A program made the position numbers and the translations under genes. DNA of 29,437 nt from positions 1 to 29,437 of IMG/VR virus record IMGVR_UViG_3300008085_000092, one strand, 5' to 3'. Positions 1 to 6,639 of the stretch are shown in pieces. Numbering within the stretch: position 1 is the stretch's first letter; each line of letters starts with the position of its first letter. Under the pieces are notes generated by a model. The model ran no database searches and was not told the origin of the DNA. It saw only the letters and a program-made list of their open reading frames with translations. Origin of the DNA: a virus (taxonomy: Duplodnaviria; Caudoviricetes).

Positions 1-67
1 CCCCCCCCACCCGCCCCCGGTCCGGGCGCCTCTTGACGGGGCAGCGGCGGGGAAAGGTGGAGGGATT

Positions 68-475
68 ATGCAAAAAACGACATTCCGGGCAGACGCCGAC
101 AAGGCCGCAATCGAGGCCGCCGCAGCGGAGCTGCTGGCGCTTTGCCAGGCGGCCCTGCCGGCAGGGCCAGACAAGCATTCAATGATCATCGCCGCCATGT
201 TTGCCTGCCGCAATGCAGCCGTCGACTTCAGCGGCGGGCTTTCCCCGCGTGACGAGCTCACGGTTGCCACGTCCGTGCTGGCGACGATGACCGTCGCCAC
301 CGCAGAACAGCTCAAACAGAAGGATGCGCTGTCATTTCTCGGCGACCGGCAATTGCGCGACTGGGTCTTCACAAAGATCGTTTCGGCTGCGGCGAGTGTC
401 GTGGGAGCCGCCGCGCCGGACATCGGCGTGACCCGTTCCCATCAGTCCGCCCAGCCGCGCCGCGAGGCGAGCTGA
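68..475 (+). CDS. hypothetical phage protein (135 aa)
   Basis: GGAGGG Shine-Dalgarno just before ATG68; same orientation as the downstream early operon; no recognisable motif. Confidence 0.65.
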   Translation: MQKTTFRADADKAAIEAAAAELLALCQAALPAGPDKHSMIIAAMFACRNAAVDFSGGLSPRDELTVATSVLATMTVATAEQLKQKDALSFLGDRQLRDWVFTKIVSAAASVVGAAAPDIGVTRSHQSAQPRREAS

Positions 476-557
476 GCCCGGAACGCAGCCCTGAGCCCGG
501 TTCATGGGGCTGGGCAGCAACACCGGAACCCGCTAAAAACTGAAAGGACAAGACCCT

Positions 558-2468
558 ATGGCCCAGACCATCAAGCCAAAGCCCGCCCGGCAGAAACCCG
601 TCCCGAAACCCGCCGCAAAAAAGGCCTCCACAAGCAAGGCGAAGGCGCAGCCGCGCCGGGCGAGCGCAGCGCGCCCCGGCAATAGCGGCGAGCAGGCCCG
701 AAACGCCTCGCCGGTCACCGAGATCCCGCATGACCAGATTGCGCCCTCGCCGCTCAATCCGCGCAAGACGGTAGACGAAGCCTATGTCACCGAGCTCGCC
801 GCCAGCGTGCTCGCCAAGGGGCAACTGCAGAATATCAGTGTGCGTCCGGCCAGCGACAAGCGCGGCAAAGTCAAGTTCCAGATCGTATTCGGCGAGCAGC
901 GCTGGCGCGCGCTCGGCCTGCTGATCGCCGAGGGGCATCTGCCACCCGATACGCCCGTTCTAGCGCGCGTCCTGCCGATCGATGATGCCGAGCATCTCGA
1001 GCTCGCCATCATGGAGAACCAGGACAGGGCCGAGGTGCACCCGCTCGAACAGGCCGAGGCCTATGCGCGGCTTGTCGACCTTCGCGAGGGCGAGGCTGGC
1101 GCCGACACCCCGTCTGTCACGGCCCTGATCGCCCAGCGCACCGGCCAGACCATCCGCAATATCCAGTACCAGCTGCAGGTCGCCAACAATCTGACCGACG
1201 CGACCAAGCAGGCCTGGAATGATGGCCGCATCGGCACGCGCAAGCTCGCCATTGCCATTGCCCGCCAGCCCGCGAAAACGCAGGCCGCCATTATCGAGGC
1301 CATGGAATGGGATCCGATCCGCAGCCCGGCCGAGCTGTCCCAATGGCTCGCCCATGATTGCCTGCCGGCCGACTCCGCCCTGTTCGATCTTGGCGCCTAC
1401 CATTCCGCCGGCGGCACGCTCGCCCATGACCCGGAAACCGACGCCCCCCTGATCGATGACCGCGAACTCTTCCTGAAGCTGCAGGGCGCGGCGCTGGCCC
1501 GCAAGGCGGAATCCGTCTCGCTGGCGCTCGGCCTCACCAAGTCCCCGGTCAAGGTGAACTGGTATGAACGCACGCGGGGCCCTCGCGTCATCTGCGAGGA
1601 TCCGTCCACCGATGACCCGATCCGCCTGCAGCCGGAAGGCGCGCTTGTCGAATACGCGATGGACCCGAACACCGGCGCGCCGCGGCTCGCTCTGGTCAGC
1701 CTTGTCGATGCCTCGCCCGCCCAGCGCGCCGCCGCGAAGAAGGCCGCAGGCGCTGCGCCGGACACGCCCGCAGTCCAGCCCCTCGCCCGGCGCAACTGGC
1801 TGGCCGGGGCCGAAGTGCGCACCCGGATCCTGCGCAACCATGTGCGCTACAATGAGCGCCTTGCCCTCGCCGTTGCGCTGGTCGCCCTGCTGCGCCAATC
1901 GAGCCACACTACACGGCTCTGCCATATCGCGATCGACCGGCCGTCCGGAGACGATGGCGAAATCTGCCGCAGGGTCGATCCCGTCCCCCACCCCGCGCTC
2001 GAAGGCCTCGAAGGTTTCGATACGGATGGCCGGGTCACGGACAGCCAGGTTGCGGCCGCAAGCCTGATCAGCCTCGACAGGACAACCCTGCTCTCTGTCT
2101 TTGCTCACGTCATCGCGGACCAGTGCGGCGATTCGCACTACACCGCCGGCCCCGGCGCCAAGGGCGAAAGCCTTGCACTGGCTGCGGACATGCTGGCTGG
2201 CGCTGAGCACCCCGCCCTGAAGGGCCTGTGTGACGGCGGCTGGCTCAAGGCCTATACCATGCCTCAGCTGCAGGCCCTCGCCCATGACAGCGGCGCCGCC
2301 GAGGCGATGGCAAAGGCGGGCGAACCGCTGGCCGCCAACAAGGCCTACCTGGTCAGCACATTGCCTGCGCACATCCCGGCGGGCTACACGCCACCCGAAG
2401 CCCGCTTCCTCGACCCTGATGCCGCCCAGAGCGCTGTCGACGCCATGCTGGCGAAGGGGAGCGAATGA
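558..2468 (+). CDS. ParB/RepB/Spo0J N-terminal-domain protein, long mobile-element type (636 aa)
   Basis: ParB_N motifs SPLNPRK, ELAASV..KGQLQNISVRP, IVFGEQRWRA, ENQDRAEVHPLEQAEAY, then an HTH-like segment (TALIAQRTGQTIRNIQYQL); GAAAGGA SD upstream. Confidence 0.85.
   Translation: MAQTIKPKPARQKPVPKPAAKKASTSKAKAQPRRASAARPGNSGEQARNASPVTEIPHDQIAPSPLNPRKTVDEAYVTELAASVLAKGQLQNISVRPASDKRGKVKFQIVFGEQRWRALGLLIAEGHLPPDTPVLARVLPIDDAEHLELAIMENQDRAEVHPLEQAEAYARLVDLREGEAGADTPSVTALIAQRTGQTIRNIQYQLQVANNLTDATKQAWNDGRIGTRKLAIAIARQPAKTQAAIIEAMEWDPIRSPAELSQWLAHDCLPADSALFDLGAYHSAGGTLAHDPETDAPLIDDRELFLKLQGAALARKAESVSLALGLTKSPVKVNWYERTRGPRVICEDPSTDDPIRLQPEGALVEYAMDPNTGAPRLALVSLVDASPAQRAAAKKAAGAAPDTPAVQPLARRNWLAGAEVRTRILRNHVRYNERLALAVALVALLRQSSHTTRLCHIAIDRPSGDDGEICRRVDPVPHPALEGLEGFDTDGRVTDSQVAAASLISLDRTTLLSVFAHVIADQCGDSHYTAGPGAKGESLALAADMLAGAEHPALKGLCDGGWLKAYTMPQLQALAHDSGAAEAMAKAGEPLAANKAYLVSTLPAHIPAGYTPPEARFLDPDAAQSAVDAMLAKGSE
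628..658 (+). repeat. 31-bp direct repeat, copy 1 (partner 2882-2912)
   Basis: CCACaAGCAAGGCGAAGGCGCAGCcGCGCCG vs CCACgAGCAAGGCGAAGGCGCAGCgGCGCCG; 29/31 identical with a 19-bp exact core. Confidence 0.85.
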
Positions 2469-2596
2469 TGCCCCGCCATTACCGCCAGCGACCTGCCCCG
2501 CGTGAGCCCCGGCTCTGGACCAGCGTTACGCTTCCCGCCGCGCTGGTCATCCTCATCGTCTTCATCCTTCCCGTCCTGCTGAAAGGCGGCAGCTGA
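2465..2596 (+). CDS. small single-pass membrane protein (43 aa), not in the ORF track
   Basis: MMPRHYRQRPAPREPRLWTSVTLPAALVILIVFILPVLLKGGS; ATGA overlap with the ParB stop and TGATG overlap with the next start; basic N-terminus plus one hydrophobic helix. Confidence 0.7.
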   Translation: MMPRHYRQRPAPREPRLWTSVTLPAALVILIVFILPVLLKGGS

Positions 2597-2955
2597 TGGC
2601 GGACAGTCCCATCCAGCGCCACCGGCAGACCGAGGAAAGGCTGCAGGGCCTTGCCCGGCATGTGGAAGGCGTGCTTCCGGACGGCGTCTGCTTCGCGCTT
2701 GTCTGCTTCACAACCGGCGAGCACGGCGGATATTCAGCCTATGTCTCGAATGGCGAGCGCGCCGACATGATCTCCGCCCTGCGCGAGGCGGCCGACAGGA
2801 TGCACGCAAAAAGCGACAGCGGCCCTGCTGCCGATATCGAGGAATTGCATTCACGCCTCAGCCGCCATGACCGGCGCGCAGCCACGAGCAAGGCGAAGGC
2901 GCAGCGGCGCCGCCCCGATCGGGGCGGCAGCGGCCGCGAGCACACCCCAAAATGA
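2596..2955 (+). CDS. phage hypothetical protein (119 aa)
   Basis: Overlaps neighbours on both sides; the core FALVCF..G...AYVSNGERADMISALRE resembles a recurring small phage protein. Confidence 0.7.
   Translation: MADSPIQRHRQTEERLQGLARHVEGVLPDGVCFALVCFTTGEHGGYSAYVSNGERADMISALREAADRMHAKSDSGPAADIEELHSRLSRHDRRAATSKAKAQRRRPDRGGSGREHTPK
2882..2912 (+). repeat. 31-bp direct repeat, copy 2
   Basis: See 628-658; both copies are read as TSKAKAQ(P/R)RR in their genes. Confidence 0.85.
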
Positions 2956-3176
2956 CCGACAAGCCGGAGCAGTCCCGCCCCGGCAGGGGCCCGCATGCGC
3001 CCATGGCCGGAGGCACGCCCGGCCAGCATGCGGGCCCGCATCCCATTCCGCGCCAGCGCCTTCCGGATCCTGCCCGCCTGCCCCGGCTGCAGGACGGCCC
3101 GGCGCCCGCCTCGCTGATTGTCCTTGCAGAGGCCCTTGCGCGATGGAGCGCGGGGCGGCAGGGTGCCGCGCCATGA
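2952..3176 (+). CDS. small protein upstream of the serine integrase; candidate recombination directionality factor
   Basis: ATGA overlap with the previous gene; Pro-rich N-terminus then an amphipathic helix LIVLAEALARW. RDF role is inferred from position only. Confidence 0.55.
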   Translation: MTDKPEQSRPGRGPHAPMAGGTPGQHAGPHPIPRQRLPDPARLPRLQDGPAPASLIVLAEALARWSAGRQGAAP

Positions 3177-3214
3177 GGAATAGCTGCCAAATATTATCAA
3201 GGTCAGACCAATGA
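3173..3214 (+). CDS. 13-codon mini-ORF (MRNSCQILSRSDQ) bridging two genes
   Basis: ATGA overlap at both ends (3173-3176 and 3211-3214). Confidence 0.35.
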   Translation: MRNSCQILSRSDQ

Positions 3215-3585
3215 ATCCGACAACCCGATCGCCCGATATTGTTCAGCGATGGCCGAACGTGGATGACATTATTAAGCTGATCTGCATGGCCCAGGATGAA
3301 GATTTTACAATTCTTGAGGCAATTCAGATTGATGAAATCGGATGGGTGCACCTACGCAGGGACCCGCGATGCCCGTCCTACCTCACAATGCCTCACGCCG
3401 CGCTTGACCTGAAGGTCGGGGAAGACCCACCGTCTGGATATTTTGGACACATTCCGGTTTTCGTGCGCGACGAAGTCACTCTCATTGAGGGAAAGCCTGT
3501 CGGACGCATACGCCTGAATGCATCAACAGGCGCTGCGTCAAAGAGCTTCGAATGCCACCACGCCGCCATGCTCCCGCCCAGATGA
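3211..3585 (+). CDS. low-GC hypothetical protein (124 aa)
   Basis: GC 30/60 at 3241-3300 and 26/60 at 3301-3360 versus 44/60 at 3661-3720; its stop overlaps the integrase ATG (ATGA 3582-3585). Confidence 0.65.
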   Translation: MNPTTRSPDIVQRWPNVDDIIKLICMAQDEDFTILEAIQIDEIGWVHLRRDPRCPSYLTMPHAALDLKVGEDPPSGYFGHIPVFVRDEVTLIEGKPVGRIRLNASTGAASKSFECHHAAMLPPR

Positions 3586-5168
3586 CCCGAGTAGCCCTCT
3601 ACGCCCGCTTCAGCAGCGACCTGCAGACCCTCCGGTCGATCGAGGGCCAGCTGGCCGTGCTGCGCACCGAGCTTGCCCGGCGCGGCTGGCAGGAAGCGGC
3701 CGTCTATACCGACGAGGCGCTCAGCGCCGCATCCATGCTGACAAGGCCGGGCCTGCAGCAGATGCTGGCAGACGCCGCCGATGGCCGGTTCGATGCCGTC
3801 ATGGCCGAGGCGCTGGACCGGCTCAGCCGCGACCAGGCCGACACGGCCATCATTCACCGGGCCCTGCAATTTGCCGAAGTGCGCCTGGTCACGCTCAGCG
3901 AGCAGGACGTGACACCCCTGCATGTCGGGTTCAAGGGCCTGATGAACGCCATGTTCCTGACCGAGCTGGCCTCGAAAACGCGGCGTGGCATGCGCCACCG
4001 GGTCGCCGCCGGCGCCAGCGCAGGCGGCCTCTCCTATGGCTATGCCACCGGCGCCGAACCCGGCATGCTGGTCATCCATGCCGATGAGGCCGCAATCGTG
4101 CGCGAGATCCATGCGCGCTATGCGGCCGGGGAATCGCCCCGCCGCCTGGTCGCCGATCTCAATGCGCGCGCCGTGCCCGGCCCGCGCGGCCGCCTCTGGC
4201 AGGCCTCGACGATCCATGGCCAGCGCCGCAATGGCAATGGCATCCTCAACAATGATCTCTATATCGGCCAGCGCATCTGGAACCGGCGCCACAAGGTCAC
4301 CGATCCGGCGACCGGCCGCAAGCGGATGCGCCCGAACCCGGAAAGCGAATGGATGCGCGAAGACGTGCCGCACCTGCGCATCCTCAGCGATGAGGCCTGG
4401 GCGGCCACAAAGGCCATGCAGACGCGCCAGCTCGGCAAGTCCGGCGGCCAGCGCAAGCGGGCCACGCGGCCGCTGTCCGGCCTCATGGCCTGCACGGCCT
4501 GCGGCGGCCCGATGACGATCACCGCCAGGGACCGCTATGGCTGCAGCCATCAGCGCCAGCGCGGCACCTGCGCGGAGCGCCGCACCATTGCGTCCGGCGA
4601 GATCGAGCGCCGCGTCTTTGCCGCGCTGGAACGGGCGCTGGAAAAGCCGGACGCGCTCATGGCCGCCGGCGAGGCATGGCGCAAGCACCGCGCCGCCGCC
4701 ATGCGCAGCGCGAGCCAGGCCCGCGCGGCCGATGAGGCTGCGCTGGCGCGGCTGGACGGTCAGATCGAGCGGGCAGTCAATGCCATACTAGATGGGCGCG
4801 ACAGCCCCGCGCTGGCCGCGCGGCTGAAGGCCATGGAGATCGAAAAGGGGGAGATTGAGGCGCGGCTCGCAGCGAGTGCTCCGGCGCCTGTTGTCGCGCT
4901 GCCCCTGCCGGGCGCGCGCTATGTCGGCCTCATCCGGCAGCTCGCGATCGCGGCGGCGGATCCGGAGGCCGGACAGGATGTCCGCAACGCGCTGCATGGC
5001 GTGGTCAGCCGGATCAGTGTCGGCTGGACGCAGGCAGGCGAAGCGGAGATTTTCGTGGAAGGCGACCTCGGCGCCATGCTGCATGGCGCCGAGGGTTCGC
5101 TAGTGTTGGGTGCGGGAACCCGCATCCCACCCAAGCGAACCGGGTTCGCCTACCGGATTTCGGCGTGA
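3582..5168 (+). CDS. large serine recombinase / phage integrase (528 aa from ATG3582)
   Basis: Catalytic N-terminus MTRVALYARFSS..Q, RPGLQQML, EALDRLSRD; recombinase domain (YGY, LNNDLYIG, HLRILSDEAW); zinc ribbon LSGLMACTACGGPM...YGC...C; coiled coil. Confidence 0.95.
   Translation: MTRVALYARFSSDLQTLRSIEGQLAVLRTELARRGWQEAAVYTDEALSAASMLTRPGLQQMLADAADGRFDAVMAEALDRLSRDQADTAIIHRALQFAEVRLVTLSEQDVTPLHVGFKGLMNAMFLTELASKTRRGMRHRVAAGASAGGLSYGYATGAEPGMLVIHADEAAIVREIHARYAAGESPRRLVADLNARAVPGPRGRLWQASTIHGQRRNGNGILNNDLYIGQRIWNRRHKVTDPATGRKRMRPNPESEWMREDVPHLRILSDEAWAATKAMQTRQLGKSGGQRKRATRPLSGLMACTACGGPMTITARDRYGCSHQRQRGTCAERRTIASGEIERRVFAALERALEKPDALMAAGEAWRKHRAAAMRSASQARAADEAALARLDGQIERAVNAILDGRDSPALAARLKAMEIEKGEIEARLAASAPAPVVALPLPGARYVGLIRQLAIAAADPEAGQDVRNALHGVVSRISVGWTQAGEAEIFVEGDLGAMLHGAEGSLVLGAGTRIPPKRTGFAYRISA
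5066..5094. repeat. perfect 14-bp inverted repeat
   Basis: CCTCGGCGCCATGC-T-GCATGGCGCCGAGG. Confidence 0.85.
5094..5141. other. putative attP of the serine integrase (48-bp dyad, central dinucleotide AA 5117-5118)
   Basis: GGTTCGCTAGTGTTGGGTGCGGG-AA-CCCGCATCCCACCCAAGCGAACC; the arms are complementary at 19/23 positions without gaps. Size and symmetry match large serine recombinase attP sites. Confidence 0.75.
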
Positions 5169-5198
5169 AAGCGCCGCCCCGCCTCGCTCCGGGAAAAA

Positions 5199-5251
5199 TA
5201 CGGAATTTCCGCACGCTAGCACTTGCGTAAACTACGGATATTCAGTATATT
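5199..5251 (+). promoter_or_regulatory. TA promoter (probably leaderless) with two operator-like dyads
   Basis: -35 TTGCGT 5223-5228, 17-bp spacer, -10 TATATT 5246-5251; ATG at 5258 with no SD. Dyads TACGGAATTTCCGCA (5199-5213) and TACGGATATTCAGTA (5233-5247). Confidence 0.7.
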
Positions 5252-5257
5252 CTTTTC

Positions 5258-5530
5258 ATGGAAGACAGGTTCGACCCCGCCAAGGATGCCGCCAATCAGG
5301 CAAAGCACAATCTGTCGCTGGCCTTCGGCGACGGCATCTTCGAGGATGACAACCATCTGATCCTGCCCTCGATCCGTCCGCAGGATGGCGAGGAGCGGTT
5401 CAAGGTGATCGGTCAGGTTGGCGAGAAATTGTTTACCGGCGTTTTCGTATGGCGGGACAGCCTGCCCCGCTTCATGTCTGTCAGAAGGAGTAACAAGGGT
5501 GAAGAAAAAGCATATCATGATCCCGGCTGA
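5258..5530 (+). CDS. brnT: BrnT-family (DUF497) ribonuclease toxin
   Basis: FDPAKDAANQAKHNLSL..GIFED, GEERFKVIG, C-terminal RFMSVRRSNKGEEKAY match the BrnT pattern. Confidence 0.85.
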   Translation: MEDRFDPAKDAANQAKHNLSLAFGDGIFEDDNHLILPSIRPQDGEERFKVIGQVGEKLFTGVFVWRDSLPRFMSVRRSNKGEEKAYHDPG

Positions 5531-5777
5531 TCCGGCCGACCCGGAAGATTTCAGCGTCTCGGCAGAGGCGATGGATCGCGGCCAGCGTGCCCGCATGATC
5601 CGCCGGACGCGCGCCGCCCTGGGCCTGTCCCAGACCGAGTTCGCAGCGCGCTTCCGCGTTGCGATCGGAACACTGCGGGATTGGGAGCAGGCGCGCGTCA
5701 CGGCGCCGGATTTCGCCATTGCCTATATCCGCGTGATCGGCCAGCACCCGGACATTGTGGCCAGCGCGGTGGCCTGA
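5499..5777 (+). CDS. HTH-Xre (HigA/MqsA-like) antitoxin (92 aa from GTG5499)
   Basis: IRRTRAALGLSQTEFAARFRVAIGTLRDWEQAR is an Xre HTH; AGGAG SD 8 nt before GTG5499; overlaps the toxin 3' end. Confidence 0.85.
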   Translation: MKKKHIMIPADPADPEDFSVSAEAMDRGQRARMIRRTRAALGLSQTEFAARFRVAIGTLRDWEQARVTAPDFAIAYIRVIGQHPDIVASAVA

Positions 5778-5780
5778 CCC

Positions 5781-6119
5781 CTACGCGCCCTGCCCGGTCT
5801 CCGGGCGGGGCGCACCTGCGGCGGGAACTTCCCCGGCCCTGACGGCCGCCTCGAAGGCCATCTGACGGATCTCCAACTGGATCAGGCTGACCGATGTCAC
5901 CCATATGCCCAGCAGGAACAGGAAGCCCCCGCCGATCGGCAGCAGGATAGAGGCCCCGATATAGCTGCCCGACAGGAACAGCCAGGCAGGATAGACATAG
6001 CAGAACACGCCGCCGAGCATCAGCAGCACGCCCCATGTCACGCCGGTGCTGCGATGTTCTCCGGGCAGGCGCGGCCGTTTCCAGCGCGGGGCGGGCGGGG
6101 TGGATATCCTGTACTTCAT
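5781..6119 (-). CDS. two-TM membrane protein
   Basis: AAGGAG SD 5 nt before ATG6119; two hydrophobic helices (GVTWGVLLMLGGVFCYVYPAWLF; ASILLPIGGGFLFLLGIWV). Confidence 0.65.
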   Translation of the reverse strand: MKYRISTPPAPRWKRPRLPGEHRSTGVTWGVLLMLGGVFCYVYPAWLFLSGSYIGASILLPIGGGFLFLLGIWVTSVSLIQLEIRQMAFEAAVRAGEVPAAGAPRPETGQGA

Positions 6120-6205
6120 CACGGCTCCTTCAGCGGTCGGCCGTCATGTCACCCGGCAGCCGCGACAGGGTCAACCCTTGCCGGAAAATGCTGACTGAGC
6201 CGCCC

Positions 6206-6568
6206 CTATTTTTCCTGCTTCTCCATGCGCACTTCCAGCCGTGCCAGGCTGACGCGCAGCTCGACGATCTGGTCACCCAGCTCGCGTTCGCGCTCGCGCA
6301 TCCGCTTGATGACATGCTCGGCCTTGCCGAGCCGGTGCTCCAATGGCCGGGCCACCAGCCAGTAGGAGGACAGGCCGCCCAGGCCATAGACCGACAGCAT
6401 CGAGATCAGCACCATCGCGGGCGATGACAGGACCGGCTCGACACTTGACCAGTTGCCGACGACATAGGCGAAGCCCCCGCCGATCACCGACAGCAGGAAC
6501 ACGATACGGGGCCAGACCTGGAACAGCTGTTCCGGCAGCTCGGCGGTTTTTTCAGATTCGTCCGTCAC
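6206..6568 (-). CDS. two-TM protein with C-terminal coiled coil; holin or lysis accessory candidate
   Basis: GGGAGA SD before GTG; two TM helices then a charged heptad tail (LEHRLGKAEHVIKRMRERERELGDQIVELRVSLARLE); downstream of the endolysin. Confidence 0.65.
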   Translation of the reverse strand: MTDESEKTAELPEQLFQVWPRIVFLLSVIGGGFAYVVGNWSSVEPVLSSPAMVLISMLSVYGLGGLSSYWLVARPLEHRLGKAEHVIKRMRERERELGDQIVELRVSLARLEVRMEKQEK

Positions 6569-6591
6569 GGGCAGTCTCCCTTGATAGTGTG

Positions 6592-6622
6592 AAAACCGGG
6601 CGGCGGCCGAAGCTGCCGCCCG
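6592..6622 (-). terminator. intrinsic terminator candidate
   Basis: Minus strand CGGGCGGCAGC-TTCG-GCCGCCGCCCG-GTTTT; UUCG loop, one mismatch, short U tract. Confidence 0.55.
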
Positions 6623-6639
6623 CGATCATCTCCGCCCGG

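Noticed and set aside
33-62. TTGACG as the -35 of a promoter for ORF 68-475
   Set aside because: No plausible -10 at 16-18 bp spacing.
472-500. CTGAGCCCGG repeated twice upstream of parB as parS/operator
   Set aside because: Only two 10-bp GC-rich copies, one overlapping a stop codon; insufficient support.
3169-3570. CGCCATG 7-bp direct repeat flanking the low-GC gene as a target-site duplication
   Set aside because: Too short and common in this GC-rich DNA; no transposase or terminal inverted repeats.
3552-3581. Longer integrase start at ATG3552
   Set aside because: Family N-termini begin just before YAR.S, and ATG3582 has an ATGA overlap.
960-4688. Long antisense ORFs 960-2372 and 3393-4688
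   Set aside because: They shadow well-supported ParB and integrase genes; expected in high-GC DNA; no motifs.
5094-5150. tRNA gene
   Set aside because: Only ~10 nt resemble a tRNA 3' end; no cloverleaf or T-loop.
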